Source: Clostridiales bacterium UBA929 (GTDB lineage Bacteria > Bacillota > Clostridia > Oscillospirales > UBA929). From it: a DNA stretch of 39,324 nucleotides. The DNA is taken from assembly GCA_002293625.1 (NCBI GenBank), contig DBDP01000124.1, positions 1 to 39,324 of the forward strand. The letters run 5' to 3'. Below are positions 1-9,653 of the stretch, one piece after another. Numbering within the stretch: the first letter of the stretch is position 1; each line of letters opens with the position of its first letter. The position numbers and the translations under genes were made by a program. The notes under the pieces are model-generated. The model did no database searches, was not told where the DNA came from, and saw only the letters and a list, made by a program, of their open reading frames with translations.

Positions 1-29
1 CTCGCGATGTCCAAACTGATAATATCGAC

Positions 30-61
30 CCCCGCCGTTATCGGCGGGGTTCGTTGTTGTT
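30..61. terminator. Hairpin CCCCGCCG-ttat-CGGCGGGG (30-49) followed by TTCGTTGTTGTT; probable shared terminator of convergent genes
   Basis: Perfect 8-bp GC stem read directly. A + strand frame ends with tandem stops TGA TAA at 17-22 just upstream. The minus-strand VOC gene stops at 60-62 just downstream. The T-rich tail is present only on the + strand side. Confidence 0.5.
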
Positions 62-488
62 ACAGCAGCGCAAAGTGCGGACTGGCGTAAAGGTCTTTTG
101 CGTTACACAGACAAAATGGGTGTCCGGCTGGGTCAAACATAACCGTCCAATGCTCGGAAAACTGTTCGTTTGAGATTCTCGCCCCGCAGCCGACGGCGTA
201 CTCCACTGCTTTATCCACATCGTTGACGGCGAAATCGATATGCGTCATCTGCTGCTGCGCGCCGGGTGCCTCCGGCCACACGGGCGGCACATAATCAGGG
301 TTCCTCTGGAATGTTATGCCGGGGTACGCGCCTTGATTTGATCCGGGAGGTGCAATAACTACATACTCTTCGTCCGGGATCGGAACAACTTCCCAGTTGA
401 GCAGCGCCGCATAGAATTTTGCCAGTTCACGCGGGTCTTTACAATCCAGCGTAACCGAATACATCTTAATTTTCAAGTCATTTTCCAT
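60..488 (-). CDS. VOC (glyoxalase/bleomycin-resistance/dioxygenase fold) family protein
   Basis: ORF track 60..503. Family-level resemblance by eye (KMYSVTLDCKDPRELAKFYAALLNWEV, HIDFAVNDVDKAVEYAVGCGA). Start moved to ATG 488 because GGAGG (minus strand, 501-497) lies 8 nt upstream and the TTG at 503 sits inside that SD. Confidence 0.8.
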   Translation of the reverse strand: MENDLKIKMYSVTLDCKDPRELAKFYAALLNWEVVPIPDEEYVVIAPPGSNQGAYPGITFQRNPDYVPPVWPEAPGAQQQMTHIDFAVNDVDKAVEYAVGCGARISNEQFSEHWTVMFDPAGHPFCLCNAKDLYASPHFALL

Positions 489-513
489 CGCGCGTACCTC
501 CAATCACCGCAGT

Positions 514-1722
514 CTATAATCCGAAGAACTCCTGATGGATCGCCTGTACGGCGCGGTCGGAGTCGGCAAGGTCAATCAGCACCGAAACTTTGATCTCACT
601 GGTCGAGATCATTTGAATATTCACGCCGGCGGCGGCTAAAGATTCAAACATCCTCGCCGCGACGCCGGGGTTGTTAATCATGCCCGCGCCTACAATGGAA
701 ACTTTGCTAATGGAATCGCTGACTTCAAGCCTGTCATACCCAAGCGACTCGCGGTGCGCTTCCAAAACGGCGCGCGCTTCCGCCAGCCCGTTTTTCGCGA
801 TGGTGAAGCTGATATCCTTGGTATCATGCCGCCCGATGGATTGCAGGATGATGTCCACATTGAGTTTATGCTGCGCCAGCAGCGAGAAGATTTTTGCGGC
901 GACGCCGGGTGCGTCCGCCAGTCCGATCAGCGCGATCCGCGCCACATTGTTGTCACGGGCGACCCCCGAAACCTGCGTTTTTTCCATCTTAACGACCTCC
1001 TTGACAATGGTGCCGGGGCAATCCCGGAAACTGGACAGCACTTCGAGCTTTACGCGGAACCGTTTCGCCATTTCCACCGAGCGCGATGCCAGCACCTGCG
1101 CTCCGAGCGACGCCAGCTCCAGCATCTCGTCAAAACTGATTTCATCGAGTTTATGCGCGCCGGAAACAAGGCGCGGGTCAACGGTAAACACGCCGTCAAC
1201 ATCGGTGTAGATTTGGCATAGGTCTGCCTTCAGAGCTGCCGCGAACGCAACGGCGGTGGTATCGGAACCGCCCCGTCCGATTGTGGTTACGTCGCCGAAC
1301 TTATTGATACCCTGAAACCCGGCAATGACGACGATACTGTTCTTATCTAGCTCCATCCGCACCCGCTCCGGGTCAATCTTCTTGATTCGCGCGACGGAGT
1401 GGTTGGAATCGGTCTGCATTCCAGCCTGCCAGCCGGTTAGCGATATAACCGGGAAACCCATCTTTTCAATAGCGATTGCAAGCAGCGCCGCCGACATTTG
1501 CTCGCCGCAAGCTTGCAGCATGTCCAGCTCTCGCCGGGACGCGCCGCTGTTTAAGTCCGCGGCTTTTTCCAAAAGGTCGTCCGTCGTGTCGCCCTGCGCC
1601 GATACGATGACGACGACCTGATGACCCTCCGTGTGGCTTTTTGTAATGATTTTCGCGACATTACGCAGTTTGTCATTGTCGGCTACCGAAGAGCCTCCGA
1701 ATTTTTTTACGATCAGGGACAT
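514..1722 (-). CDS. lysC: Aspartate kinase
   Basis: 402 aa. N-terminal amino-acid-kinase signature MSLIVKKFGGSSV, with a C-terminal duplicated ACT-like region (VARIALIGL..., KVSIVGAGM...). Full-length ORF. Confidence 0.95.
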   Translation of the reverse strand: MSLIVKKFGGSSVADNDKLRNVAKIITKSHTEGHQVVVIVSAQGDTTDDLLEKAADLNSGASRRELDMLQACGEQMSAALLAIAIEKMGFPVISLTGWQAGMQTDSNHSVARIKKIDPERVRMELDKNSIVVIAGFQGINKFGDVTTIGRGGSDTTAVAFAAALKADLCQIYTDVDGVFTVDPRLVSGAHKLDEISFDEMLELASLGAQVLASRSVEMAKRFRVKLEVLSSFRDCPGTIVKEVVKMEKTQVSGVARDNNVARIALIGLADAPGVAAKIFSLLAQHKLNVDIILQSIGRHDTKDISFTIAKNGLAEARAVLEAHRESLGYDRLEVSDSISKVSIVGAGMINNPGVAARMFESLAAAGVNIQMISTSEIKVSVLIDLADSDRAVQAIHQEFFGL

Positions 1723-1743
1723 ACGCTCATCCTTTCATGTAAT

Positions 1744-2484
1744 CTACTCCAGCTCGTAAGCGGTATACGGATGGGATACATGATACCCCAGTTTTTCGGC
1801 CAAAGCGACTGATCGCTCATCATGCGCGTCCCAACCGGGGTATATATTCCTTGCCAAACACTCCAGTATCAATTTTGCCCCGCACACAGTCGCAAGCCCT
1901 TTTCGCCGGTACTCAAGTCTTGTATCTATTTGAATCTCAATGCCTCCGTTGTAAACCGCATAGGGAGAAGCTCCGGCAACCAGTTTGCCTTGATATAGCA
2001 CACCTACCCCTACCGCCAGCCTCTGATACTCATCATAGTCTTTGAATTGTGAGCATAAGTCCGCAGACCATTCTTCGCTCTTTGCAAGCTCGAACAAATC
2101 TCTGTCGAACAGCTTGAGTTCATAACACACGTCAAGTCCGTCTACATACGAAGTGAGTTTATTTACATCAAATGCGTCGGGTTCTGTTTTGATGGCGTAT
2201 CTCTGAAACTTCTTTGCTCTGCCGCCAAAGGATCGCTCAATCAATTCCTCCCACCCGTCGTCTCTCGGCACCAGCAGTTTGGAGCGCCCAAATGAGGTGA
2301 GCAGGGAGGCGTTTGGTTCTCCCGCAAGAAAGCAAATATCCCCAACGTCGATTACCGCGGCTTGTGGATCATCGGCATCATCCACAATCAGGTTTCCCAT
2401 ATATCCCTGCAGGCATGAGTATATCATGGATTTTTCCCAGCCATCGAAAAGCCGGGCAGCCTTTTGATTATATTCTGAACTCAT
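1744..2484 (-). CDS. GNAT-family N-acetyltransferase-like protein
   Basis: 246 aa. The C-terminal third (GGIEIQIDTRLEYRRKGLATVCGAKLILECLARNIYPGWDAHDERSVALAEKLGY) looks like a GNAT acetyl-CoA binding core. ATGA overlap with the upstream gene at 2481-2484. Confidence 0.7.
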   Translation of the reverse strand: MSSEYNQKAARLFDGWEKSMIYSCLQGYMGNLIVDDADDPQAAVIDVGDICFLAGEPNASLLTSFGRSKLLVPRDDGWEELIERSFGGRAKKFQRYAIKTEPDAFDVNKLTSYVDGLDVCYELKLFDRDLFELAKSEEWSADLCSQFKDYDEYQRLAVGVGVLYQGKLVAGASPYAVYNGGIEIQIDTRLEYRRKGLATVCGAKLILECLARNIYPGWDAHDERSVALAEKLGYHVSHPYTAYELE

Positions 2485-2891
2485 TCCATCTCCGCGAAGC
2501 CGCCGTCATCGTCCCCGTCCATACCGAGGAACTCACGGCTGGAGATACCCCGCGCGGCGCGCTGCTCCTCAATTAGTTTGCTCAAGAAACGCCGCACATC
2601 GTCGGACTGCTTGATGTTTTTCAGCTCATAGGTCGGCGAGGTCTTGTCGTTGCTGATCAGCGTCACGGTTCCAAGCCCGAAGATTTTTTGTCCCAGCCCT
2701 CGCAGCAGGCGAATGTCCAAAATACGGTAAACCATGATCTCGTCGGTGGTCGTTTTGAGGAACCCGCGCCGCACGGTCAGCCGGTCTTTACACACCTCGT
2801 AGCGCGTAAAACTGAGCGGCAAGCCGAAAAGCGTTCGCTTGCGATCCTTCCAAAGAACCTCTTCCTTCTCGATGTTCAGCTTTTTACCCAT
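2481..2891 (-). CDS. Bacterial PH (bPH_2/YdbT-like) domain protein
   Basis: 136 aa. YRILDIRLLRGLGQKIFGLGTVTLISNDKTSPTYELKNIK resembles membrane-associated bacterial PH domains. SD AAAGGAG lies 7 nt upstream of the ATG. Confidence 0.65.
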   Translation of the reverse strand: MGKKLNIEKEEVLWKDRKRTLFGLPLSFTRYEVCKDRLTVRRGFLKTTTDEIMVYRILDIRLLRGLGQKIFGLGTVTLISNDKTSPTYELKNIKQSDDVRRFLSKLIEEQRAARGISSREFLGMDGDDDGGFAEME

Positions 2892-2919
2892 GAGGATTCT
2901 CCTTTCTTAGCACCTTACT

Positions 2920-3969
2920 TCACACCAATACTCGCAGCTTCATCCCGTCGGCGAACGTATAGCCGGAGGCGGTTTCCGGCGGGGCGATGTCTAGCGGGTC
3001 GGCGCTCCACGCGCGACCGCATAATGGGTTATTGCTTCTGACGCAGTCGAGAACGTCGGACACGATGGCGCTTGCTGTGGGTCTTGCGCCCGCTCCCCTG
3101 CCGTAGAACATTACGTCGCCGGCGACGCTGCCGCGCAGCATCACGGCGTTGAATACGTCCGATACCGAAGCCAGCGGGTGAATTAACGGTACCAAGTGCG
3201 GCGCGGCATAAACGCGGGGCAGTTCGCCGTCTCGTATATAAGCGCGTCCTAACAGCTTAATCGCGTAACCCGCTTTCCCCGCTTCGGCTAGGTGCGCGGC
3301 GGTAAGGCTGCGGATTCCCTCGACGCTCACATAGGCGGGCGGAACGTGCCGCCCGAACGCGAGGTCGGCTAAAATGCAAATCTTTCTCGCGCAGTCCAGC
3401 CCGTCTACGTCAGCCGATGGGTCGGCTTCCGCGTAACCCAGTTTCTGCGCCTCTTTCAAGGCGTCTTCGAAGGAGGTTCCGTTCTGCCCCATATGGGTGA
3501 GTATATAGTTGCTCGTCCCGTTCAAAATACCCGTGACGTCGGTTATCGTATTCGCGCCCATGCAATGGCAAAACGGGTGGATGATCGGGATGCCGCCGCC
3601 GACACTGGCTTCAAAGAGATAGTGAACGCCGTTTTCTTTGGCTAACGCCAACAGTTCGGCTCCGTGTTCGGCAACAAGCTCTTTGTTGGACGTAACCACG
3701 TGCTTCTTTGCCCGCAGTGCGCGCTTTGTGAAGTCATACGCTGCGCCGCGCCCGCCGATGGATTCCACCACGACCGCTATGTCAGGGTCACTCTCAATCA
3801 GCGAAAAATCCGATACCACACGCCTGTCATCTATTTCCCGAATGTCCAGAATCGTCTTTACCGCCAAAGAAATGCCGGAGCGTTTCTCCTCCGAAGCGGA
3901 GCATTCTTTCACGACTTCGTCCACGCCGCAGCCGACAATCCCGTAACCCAATATCGCAATCTGTGTCAT
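2920..3969 (-). CDS. hom: Homoserine dehydrogenase (short form, no obvious C-terminal ACT domain)
   Basis: ORF track 2920..4053. Start moved to ATG 3969 (MTQIAILGYGIVGCG Rossmann motif directly follows). GGGAGG lies just upstream. ATGA overlap with the uxuA stop at 3966-3969. Confidence 0.9.
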   Translation of the reverse strand: MTQIAILGYGIVGCGVDEVVKECSASEEKRSGISLAVKTILDIREIDDRRVVSDFSLIESDPDIAVVVESIGGRGAAYDFTKRALRAKKHVVTSNKELVAEHGAELLALAKENGVHYLFEASVGGGIPIIHPFCHCMGANTITDVTGILNGTSNYILTHMGQNGTSFEDALKEAQKLGYAEADPSADVDGLDCARKICILADLAFGRHVPPAYVSVEGIRSLTAAHLAEAGKAGYAIKLLGRAYIRDGELPRVYAAPHLVPLIHPLASVSDVFNAVMLRGSVAGDVMFYGRGAGARPTASAIVSDVLDCVRSNNPLCGRAWSADPLDIAPPETASGYTFADGMKLRVLV

Positions 3970-5015
3970 AATGCCTCCCATAATCCCGCAAGATATGCAG
4001 CGCCCATCGCCCGGTCGTACAACCCGTATCCGGCGCGTCCCGTTTCGCCCCAAACCATCCGCCCGTGGTCGGGTCGGACATAGCCGCCGAACCCGCTTTC
4101 TTTGAATGCCCGGACAATGGACAGCATGTCGAGAGAACCGCAGTCGGTTGGGTGCGCCGATTCGTAAAAATCTCCGTTTCCGAGGAATTTTAGGTTTCGG
4201 ATATGGGCGAAGAAAATCTTATCCGCAAACTCCCGGACAATTGCCGGGATGTCGTTATTCGGATCTGCTCCGATCGAGCCTGTGCAAAGGGTCAAGCCGT
4301 TGCTCTCGCTGGGGTATAAATCCAAGAAACGCTTGATGTTCTCCCGTGAATTGATCAATCGCGGCAGACCGAACAGCGGCCACGGCGGATCGTCGGGATG
4401 GATCGCCATTTTAATCCCCAAACGCTCCGCTTCGGGGATCACGCGCCGAAGGAAATAGGCGGCGTTTTCCCAATACTGTTCCTGCGTTACGTCCTTATAC
4501 CGTCCGATTGTATTCACTATGTGCTTCAGCCGTTCCGGCTCCCAGCCCGGCAGAGCGATCCCGCCCGACTGCTCGGCGTAACGCGCGGCGAGCTGCTCCG
4601 GCGTGGTACTTTGAATAAACTCGCGGGAGAAGAACATCGTGTTGGAGCCGTCGGGCAGATCATAGAACAAATGGCTCCGCGCCCAGTCCAGCACCGGCAT
4701 GAAGTTGTAGCAAATGACCTTGATGCCGACCTTCGCGAGATTCGTAAGCGTTTCGGTATATTTGTCAATCCAACCGTCGCGCTCCGGCGCGCCCAGTTTA
4801 ATATCCTCATGAATGTTTACGCTTTCGATAACCTCAACGCGTAAACCGGCGGCGCGTATCTCATCGCGCATCGCCTCGCACTCCGCAAGCGACCAAACCT
4901 CCCCGGCGGGGATATGCATCAGGCTCGTCACCACGCCGGCGACGCCGGGTACTTGGGCGATATGTTTTAGCGGTATCGGGTCAAGCCGCCCGAACCAGCG
5001 CATTGTCATTTGCAT
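3966..5015 (-). CDS. uxuA: Mannonate dehydratase
   Basis: Strong end-to-end resemblance to UxuA (MRWFG..., CYNFMPVLDWARS, MAIHPDDPPWPLFGLPRLI, VRPDHG). GGAGGA at 5031-5026. The start is either TTG 5018 (7-nt spacing) or ATG 5015 (10-nt spacing). Confidence 0.9.
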   Translation of the reverse strand: MQMTMRWFGRLDPIPLKHIAQVPGVAGVVTSLMHIPAGEVWSLAECEAMRDEIRAAGLRVEVIESVNIHEDIKLGAPERDGWIDKYTETLTNLAKVGIKVICYNFMPVLDWARSHLFYDLPDGSNTMFFSREFIQSTTPEQLAARYAEQSGGIALPGWEPERLKHIVNTIGRYKDVTQEQYWENAAYFLRRVIPEAERLGIKMAIHPDDPPWPLFGLPRLINSRENIKRFLDLYPSESNGLTLCTGSIGADPNNDIPAIVREFADKIFFAHIRNLKFLGNGDFYESAHPTDCGSLDMLSIVRAFKESGFGGYVRPDHGRMVWGETGRAGYGLYDRAMGAAYLAGLWEAL

Positions 5016-5032
5016 CAAATGAAGTTCCTCCG

Positions 5033-6013
5033 TCAGCTCAGCGAGAGAATTCGCGCGGTGTCGTACATCGTCTCCTGTAGGTCTTTTTCCATTAGTAAAG
5101 CTTCATCTATGTCAAAATCCTGCAGTTCGCCGCCGCGAATACCGACAACGCGGTTGCATTTTCCGTCCCGCAGAATCTCCACGGCGTGGCGACCCATACG
5201 GGAGGCGGTGACACGATCGCGCGCGTTTGGTTGTCCGCCGCGCTGGATATGCCCTAATATCGTAACGCGGGTGTCAAGCCCAATCTCTTCTGTGATGCGG
5301 TCGGCGATTTTTTGCGAACCGCCTTCCTTTTCGGCGACCCCTTCGGCCACGATCACGATAAAATGCCTGTACCCATGGATATGCGCGCGCCGCATTCTTT
5401 CGAGTACATCGTGAAACTCATAAGGACGTTCGGGAACCAAAATAACATTGGCACCGACGGCGATGCCGACATAAGCGGCCAAATGCCCGGCGTTCCGACC
5501 CATGACTTCAACCAGCGAACAGCGCTCATGCGATTGCATGGTGTCGCGCAGTTTGTCGATGGCACCGATGGCGGTGTTGCAAGCGGTATCGAAGCCGATG
5601 GTATAGTTGGTGCAGGCAATATCGTTATCAATCGTCGCGGGGATGCCGACAGTGGCGATATTATGCTTGGAGAGATCCCGCGCGCCGCGGAAAGTGCCGT
5701 CGCCGCCGATGCAGATTATGGCGTCAATCCCTAAGTATTTACAGGTTTTGGCGGCTTTACGCACGCCTTCTTCGCTATTAAACTCGGGTGAACGCGCCGT
5801 ATACAGAATCGTGCCGCCTTTCGCGGTCAACCCGTTAACTGTTTTATGTTCCATTTCAAAGACATCGCGGTTAAGCAGACCGTTATAGCCTCGTCGAACA
5901 CCCAAAACCTCAATGCCGTTTACAAAGGCCGTGCGCACGACGGCACGGACGGCGGCATTCATGCCGGGTGAGTCCCCGCCGCTGGTAAGCAGACCGATTC
6001 GGTTCACTGCCAT
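5033..6013 (-). CDS. pfkA: ATP-dependent 6-phosphofructokinase
   Basis: RIGLLTSGGDSPGMNAAVRAVV, GGDGT, PATIDND and MGRNAGHLA motifs. Start moved to ATG 6013, with AGGAGGG 9 nt upstream. Confidence 0.95.
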   Translation of the reverse strand: MAVNRIGLLTSGGDSPGMNAAVRAVVRTAFVNGIEVLGVRRGYNGLLNRDVFEMEHKTVNGLTAKGGTILYTARSPEFNSEEGVRKAAKTCKYLGIDAIICIGGDGTFRGARDLSKHNIATVGIPATIDNDIACTNYTIGFDTACNTAIGAIDKLRDTMQSHERCSLVEVMGRNAGHLAAYVGIAVGANVILVPERPYEFHDVLERMRRAHIHGYRHFIVIVAEGVAEKEGGSQKIADRITEEIGLDTRVTILGHIQRGGQPNARDRVTASRMGRHAVEILRDGKCNRVVGIRGGELQDFDIDEALLMEKDLQETMYDTARILSLS

Positions 6014-6089
6014 ATGAGAGTACCCTCCTACTAAACGGGCGAACACAGTTCGCCCCTACTGTCTTTCATATCATTCTATCACAAATAAA

Positions 6090-9000
6090 TCATCCCCGCA
6101 AGACAACATTTTCCTCCCCCAGCAGAGCGCGGCATTCCGCAAGCAGCGGCGCGGCGTGGGAACACTCGCAACCGAATTTCTTACCTGTGTCGGCGTATAC
6201 CAGTACGGCGGGGGCGTTACCGGGAAAAAGCTCCAGCATCGCGAGAATCCGTCCGGCCTCCCGCCCGCCGGTTTGCGGCAGTTTTATGTAGAGCTTGGCA
6301 TTGCTTTCGGTGTCATCGTCGCTTGCTCCCAGCGAGCTTCCCGGCACGAAACCCAGCGGAGCAAGTGAATCAACCAGAATCTGCGCGGGGCGGTCGTCGC
6401 GAACACTCACCTTGCCCTCGATCAGCACGGCGGCGTCATTCTTCACATACCCGCCGCTGCGGTTTAGGACGCCGCTGAACAGGAGCAGTTCCACCGACCC
6501 TGCGCGGTCTTCCAGTGTGGCGTAAGCCATCAAGGTGTTATTGCGGGTCGTCTTGGTCTTGACGCCGGACAATAACCCGGCCAGCTTCACGCCCTGCCCA
6601 TCCTCCACCGATCCTTCTTCCAACCCCTCGACGATATGGGAAATGCTCTGCGCTCCGCTGCGCCGAAGCTCTGCTGCGTAGGCGTCAATCGGATGCCCGG
6701 AGAGGTACAGCCCGGTCAGGCTGCGTTCCATTGTGAGTTTTTCCTTAACGCTCCATTCCTCTATGTCCGGGATCGGAACTTCTTGTGTCTCGCCGCCGCC
6801 CATCGAAAACAGGTCGGTCTGCCCGGCGATTGTCCGCCCAGACGCGATATCGTCAAGAAGGGTTTTCGACAGCTCATCCAGCGCGTGCCGTTTGTAACCC
6901 ATCGAGTCAAACGCGCCGCACTTAATCAGCGACTCCAGCGCGCGCCGGTTTAGGTCGCGCTTCGCCATCCGGCGGCAAAAATCCTCAAAAGAGGCAAACG
7001 CCTTCCCTTCCCGCTCCTCCATCATTTCGGCAATCAGCCCCGCGCCGAGGTTTTTGATCGCCCCCAACCCGAACCGTATCGCCGCTCCCGTATTCCCATC
7101 CAGACCGTGAACCAGCGGCGCGCTGAGGGCATCGCGCCCTACATTTTGATTGTCAAATTGTCCATTGTCAATTGGCGTAAACCCTTCTTCCGAAGCGTTG
7201 ACGTCGGGCGGCAGCACGCGAATCCCCTGCTCTTGGCACTCGGCGATGTACTCCCCTACTTTCCCCGTCCAGCCTTGAACGCTGGACAGCAGCGCCGCCA
7301 TGTACTCGGCGGGGTGATGGCATTTATAGTACGCCGTGCGGTACGCGACGACGGCGTAACAAACAGCGTGGGATTTGTTAAACGCGTAATTGGCGAAGTC
7401 CATGATCTCGTCAAAGATGCTCTGTGCCGTGGCTTCCGGCACGCCGTTTTGGCGGCAGCCGTCCAAAAACGCCTGACGTTCGGCGACCAGTACATCATAT
7501 TTCTTCTTGCTCATCGCCCGCCGCACCACATCCGCGTGACCCAGCGAGAAACCGGCGAGACGGCGCAGAATCTCCAGCACCTGTTCCTGATAAACGATGC
7601 AGCCGTAAGTCACGTCCAGAATCGGCTTCAGCAGCGGGTGTTTGTAGGTCGTCCGTTCCGGGTGATGCTTGCTGTCGATGAAGCGGGGGATTGATTCCAT
7701 CGGTCCGGGTCGGAACAGCGCGACAACGGCGGTGATATCCTCAATTGACTGCGGGCGCAGCCGCATACAAACACCGGTCATCCCCGCGCTTTCAAGCTGG
7801 AAAACACCCGCCGTCTTCCCCTGCGTGAGCATCTCAAACACTGCCGGATCGTCTTCGGGAAAGGTTCCGTCAAAATCCGGCAGACGCTTGCGCACCAATT
7901 CTTCCGCCTCTTGCAGCACGGTGAGGTTGCGAAGCCCCAAAAAGTCCATCTTCAGAAGCCCCAGCTCTTCAAGCTGCGTCATCGGAAATTGGGTAACAAC
8001 GGCTTCCTCGGCTCCGCCGTGGTCGCTTTCCTCAGCGTTCGCGGTTTGGCGCGAACCCTTGCGGGAGACTCGTGCCAGCGGAACGTACTCACTCACCGGC
8101 TCCGCCGTGATGACAACGCCCGCCGCGTGGGTGGAAGCGTGACGCGGCATTCCTTCCAGCTTCCGCGCCATGTCGATTAAGTCGCGCGCGCGGGTGTCGT
8201 TTTCATACAGCTCCTTGAACGCGGAAGACACGTCCAGCGCCTTGTCCAGCGTCATATGCAGCGCGAACGGCACGGCTTTCGCCACCGTATCGGCTTCGGC
8301 ATATGTCCAGCCGAGCGCCCGCGCCGTATCACGCACGGCGGCGCGCGCCGCCATCGTGCCGAACGTGACGATCTGTGCCACATGCGAAGCGCCGTACTTG
8401 TCCGTAACATAGTCGATGACCTCCTGCCGCCGCCGGACGCAGAAGTCGATATCGAAGTCGGGCATACTCACCCGCTCGGGGTTGAGGAAACGCTCAAAAA
8501 GAAGGTTATACTTCATCGGGTCTACGTCGGTGATACCAAGGCTGTAACCCACCATCGATCCCGCGCCGCTGCCGCGCCCGGGTCCGACCGGGATTCCCCT
8601 GTCCTTCGCGTAGTTCACAAAATCGGCGACGATCAAGAAGTAATCGACAAATCCCATTTTCGCGATCATGTCCAGTTCAAACGCCAGCCGGTCTTGATAC
8701 CCTTCGGGATTGTCCGGGTAACGCCGGGCAAACCCTTCGGCGCAAAGACGGCATAAATACGCCTCTGGCTTCTTCTCCCCTTTCGGCAGGGCAAACCGGG
8801 GCAGATGATACTCGCCGAACGTGAGCGTCACGTCGCACATCTCCGCGATTTTCACGGTGTTATTGAGCGCCTCGCGCGGAAAGAGCGCCGCCATCTCCGC
8901 TTCGCTCTTTATGTAAAACTCCTGTGTCTCAAACTTCATGCGGTCGGTTCTGTCAACCGTCGTCTGCGTCTGGATGCACATCAACACGTCCTGCGCGTCC

Positions 9001-9644
9001 GCGTCCTCCCGCGTTAAGTAATGCGCGTCGTTCGTGCAAACAAGCGGCAAATCCGTCTCTTCCGCGAGACGCAGAATCGCCCGCATAACGTTTTTTTGCT
9101 CGGCGATGCCGTGGTCTTGCAGTTCTAGGTAAAAACGGTCTTTACCAAATAAGTCCGCGTAGTACCGGGCTGTCTCGGCGGCTTTTTCGGCTTCGCCCTC
9201 GGTCAGGCGGCGCGGGATTTCCCCTCCCAGGCAAGCCGAAAGAGCGATTAAGCCCTCGTGATAATCCTCCAGCAGCTCACGGTCTACGCGGGGTTTCGTG
9301 TAAAACCCTTCGGTGTTTGCGCGGGAGAGCAGACGGCAGAGGTTTTTATAGCCCGTTTCGTTCTCGCAAAGCAGCACCAGATGGTAATGGTCGCTGTCGA
9401 ATTCATGAACCTTGTCGTGCCGTGTGCGCGGCGCGACATACACCTCGCAGCCGAGCAGCGGCTTGACCCCCGCCTTCTTCGCGGCTTTGTAAAACTCCAC
9501 GATCCCGTACATCGAGCCGTGGTCGGTGATCGCGACGGCGTTCTGCTCCAGCGACTTCACGCGCTCCATCAGCCCGCCGATCCGGCACATGCCGTCCAGC
9601 AGGCTGTATTCGGTGTGTACATGCAGATGGACAAATCCGCTCAT
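6090..9644 (-). CDS. dnaE: DNA polymerase III alpha subunit
   Basis: 1184 aa. N-terminal PHP domain (FVHLHVHTEYSLLDG), polymerase core (MPDFDIDF, GLLKMDFLGLRNL), HhH and a C-terminal OB-fold region. Confidence 0.97.
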   Translation of the reverse strand: MSGFVHLHVHTEYSLLDGMCRIGGLMERVKSLEQNAVAITDHGSMYGIVEFYKAAKKAGVKPLLGCEVYVAPRTRHDKVHEFDSDHYHLVLLCENETGYKNLCRLLSRANTEGFYTKPRVDRELLEDYHEGLIALSACLGGEIPRRLTEGEAEKAAETARYYADLFGKDRFYLELQDHGIAEQKNVMRAILRLAEETDLPLVCTNDAHYLTREDADAQDVLMCIQTQTTVDRTDRMKFETQEFYIKSEAEMAALFPREALNNTVKIAEMCDVTLTFGEYHLPRFALPKGEKKPEAYLCRLCAEGFARRYPDNPEGYQDRLAFELDMIAKMGFVDYFLIVADFVNYAKDRGIPVGPGRGSGAGSMVGYSLGITDVDPMKYNLLFERFLNPERVSMPDFDIDFCVRRRQEVIDYVTDKYGASHVAQIVTFGTMAARAAVRDTARALGWTYAEADTVAKAVPFALHMTLDKALDVSSAFKELYENDTRARDLIDMARKLEGMPRHASTHAAGVVITAEPVSEYVPLARVSRKGSRQTANAEESDHGGAEEAVVTQFPMTQLEELGLLKMDFLGLRNLTVLQEAEELVRKRLPDFDGTFPEDDPAVFEMLTQGKTAGVFQLESAGMTGVCMRLRPQSIEDITAVVALFRPGPMESIPRFIDSKHHPERTTYKHPLLKPILDVTYGCIVYQEQVLEILRRLAGFSLGHADVVRRAMSKKKYDVLVAERQAFLDGCRQNGVPEATAQSIFDEIMDFANYAFNKSHAVCYAVVAYRTAYYKCHHPAEYMAALLSSVQGWTGKVGEYIAECQEQGIRVLPPDVNASEEGFTPIDNGQFDNQNVGRDALSAPLVHGLDGNTGAAIRFGLGAIKNLGAGLIAEMMEEREGKAFASFEDFCRRMAKRDLNRRALESLIKCGAFDSMGYKRHALDELSKTLLDDIASGRTIAGQTDLFSMGGGETQEVPIPDIEEWSVKEKLTMERSLTGLYLSGHPIDAYAAELRRSGAQSISHIVEGLEEGSVEDGQGVKLAGLLSGVKTKTTRNNTLMAYATLEDRAGSVELLLFSGVLNRSGGYVKNDAAVLIEGKVSVRDDRPAQILVDSLAPLGFVPGSSLGASDDDTESNAKLYIKLPQTGGREAGRILAMLELFPGNAPAVLVYADTGKKFGCECSHAAPLLAECRALLGEENVVLRG

Positions 9645-9653
9645 AGTACCTCC

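Noticed and set aside
8000-8085. Hydrophilic insert in DnaE (RVSRKGSRQTANAEESDHGGAEEAVV), considered as a possible intein or mobile insertion.
   Set aside because: It is only about 25 residues long. It has no intein splicing blocks or nucleophile/HN motifs. It looks like a surface-loop expansion.
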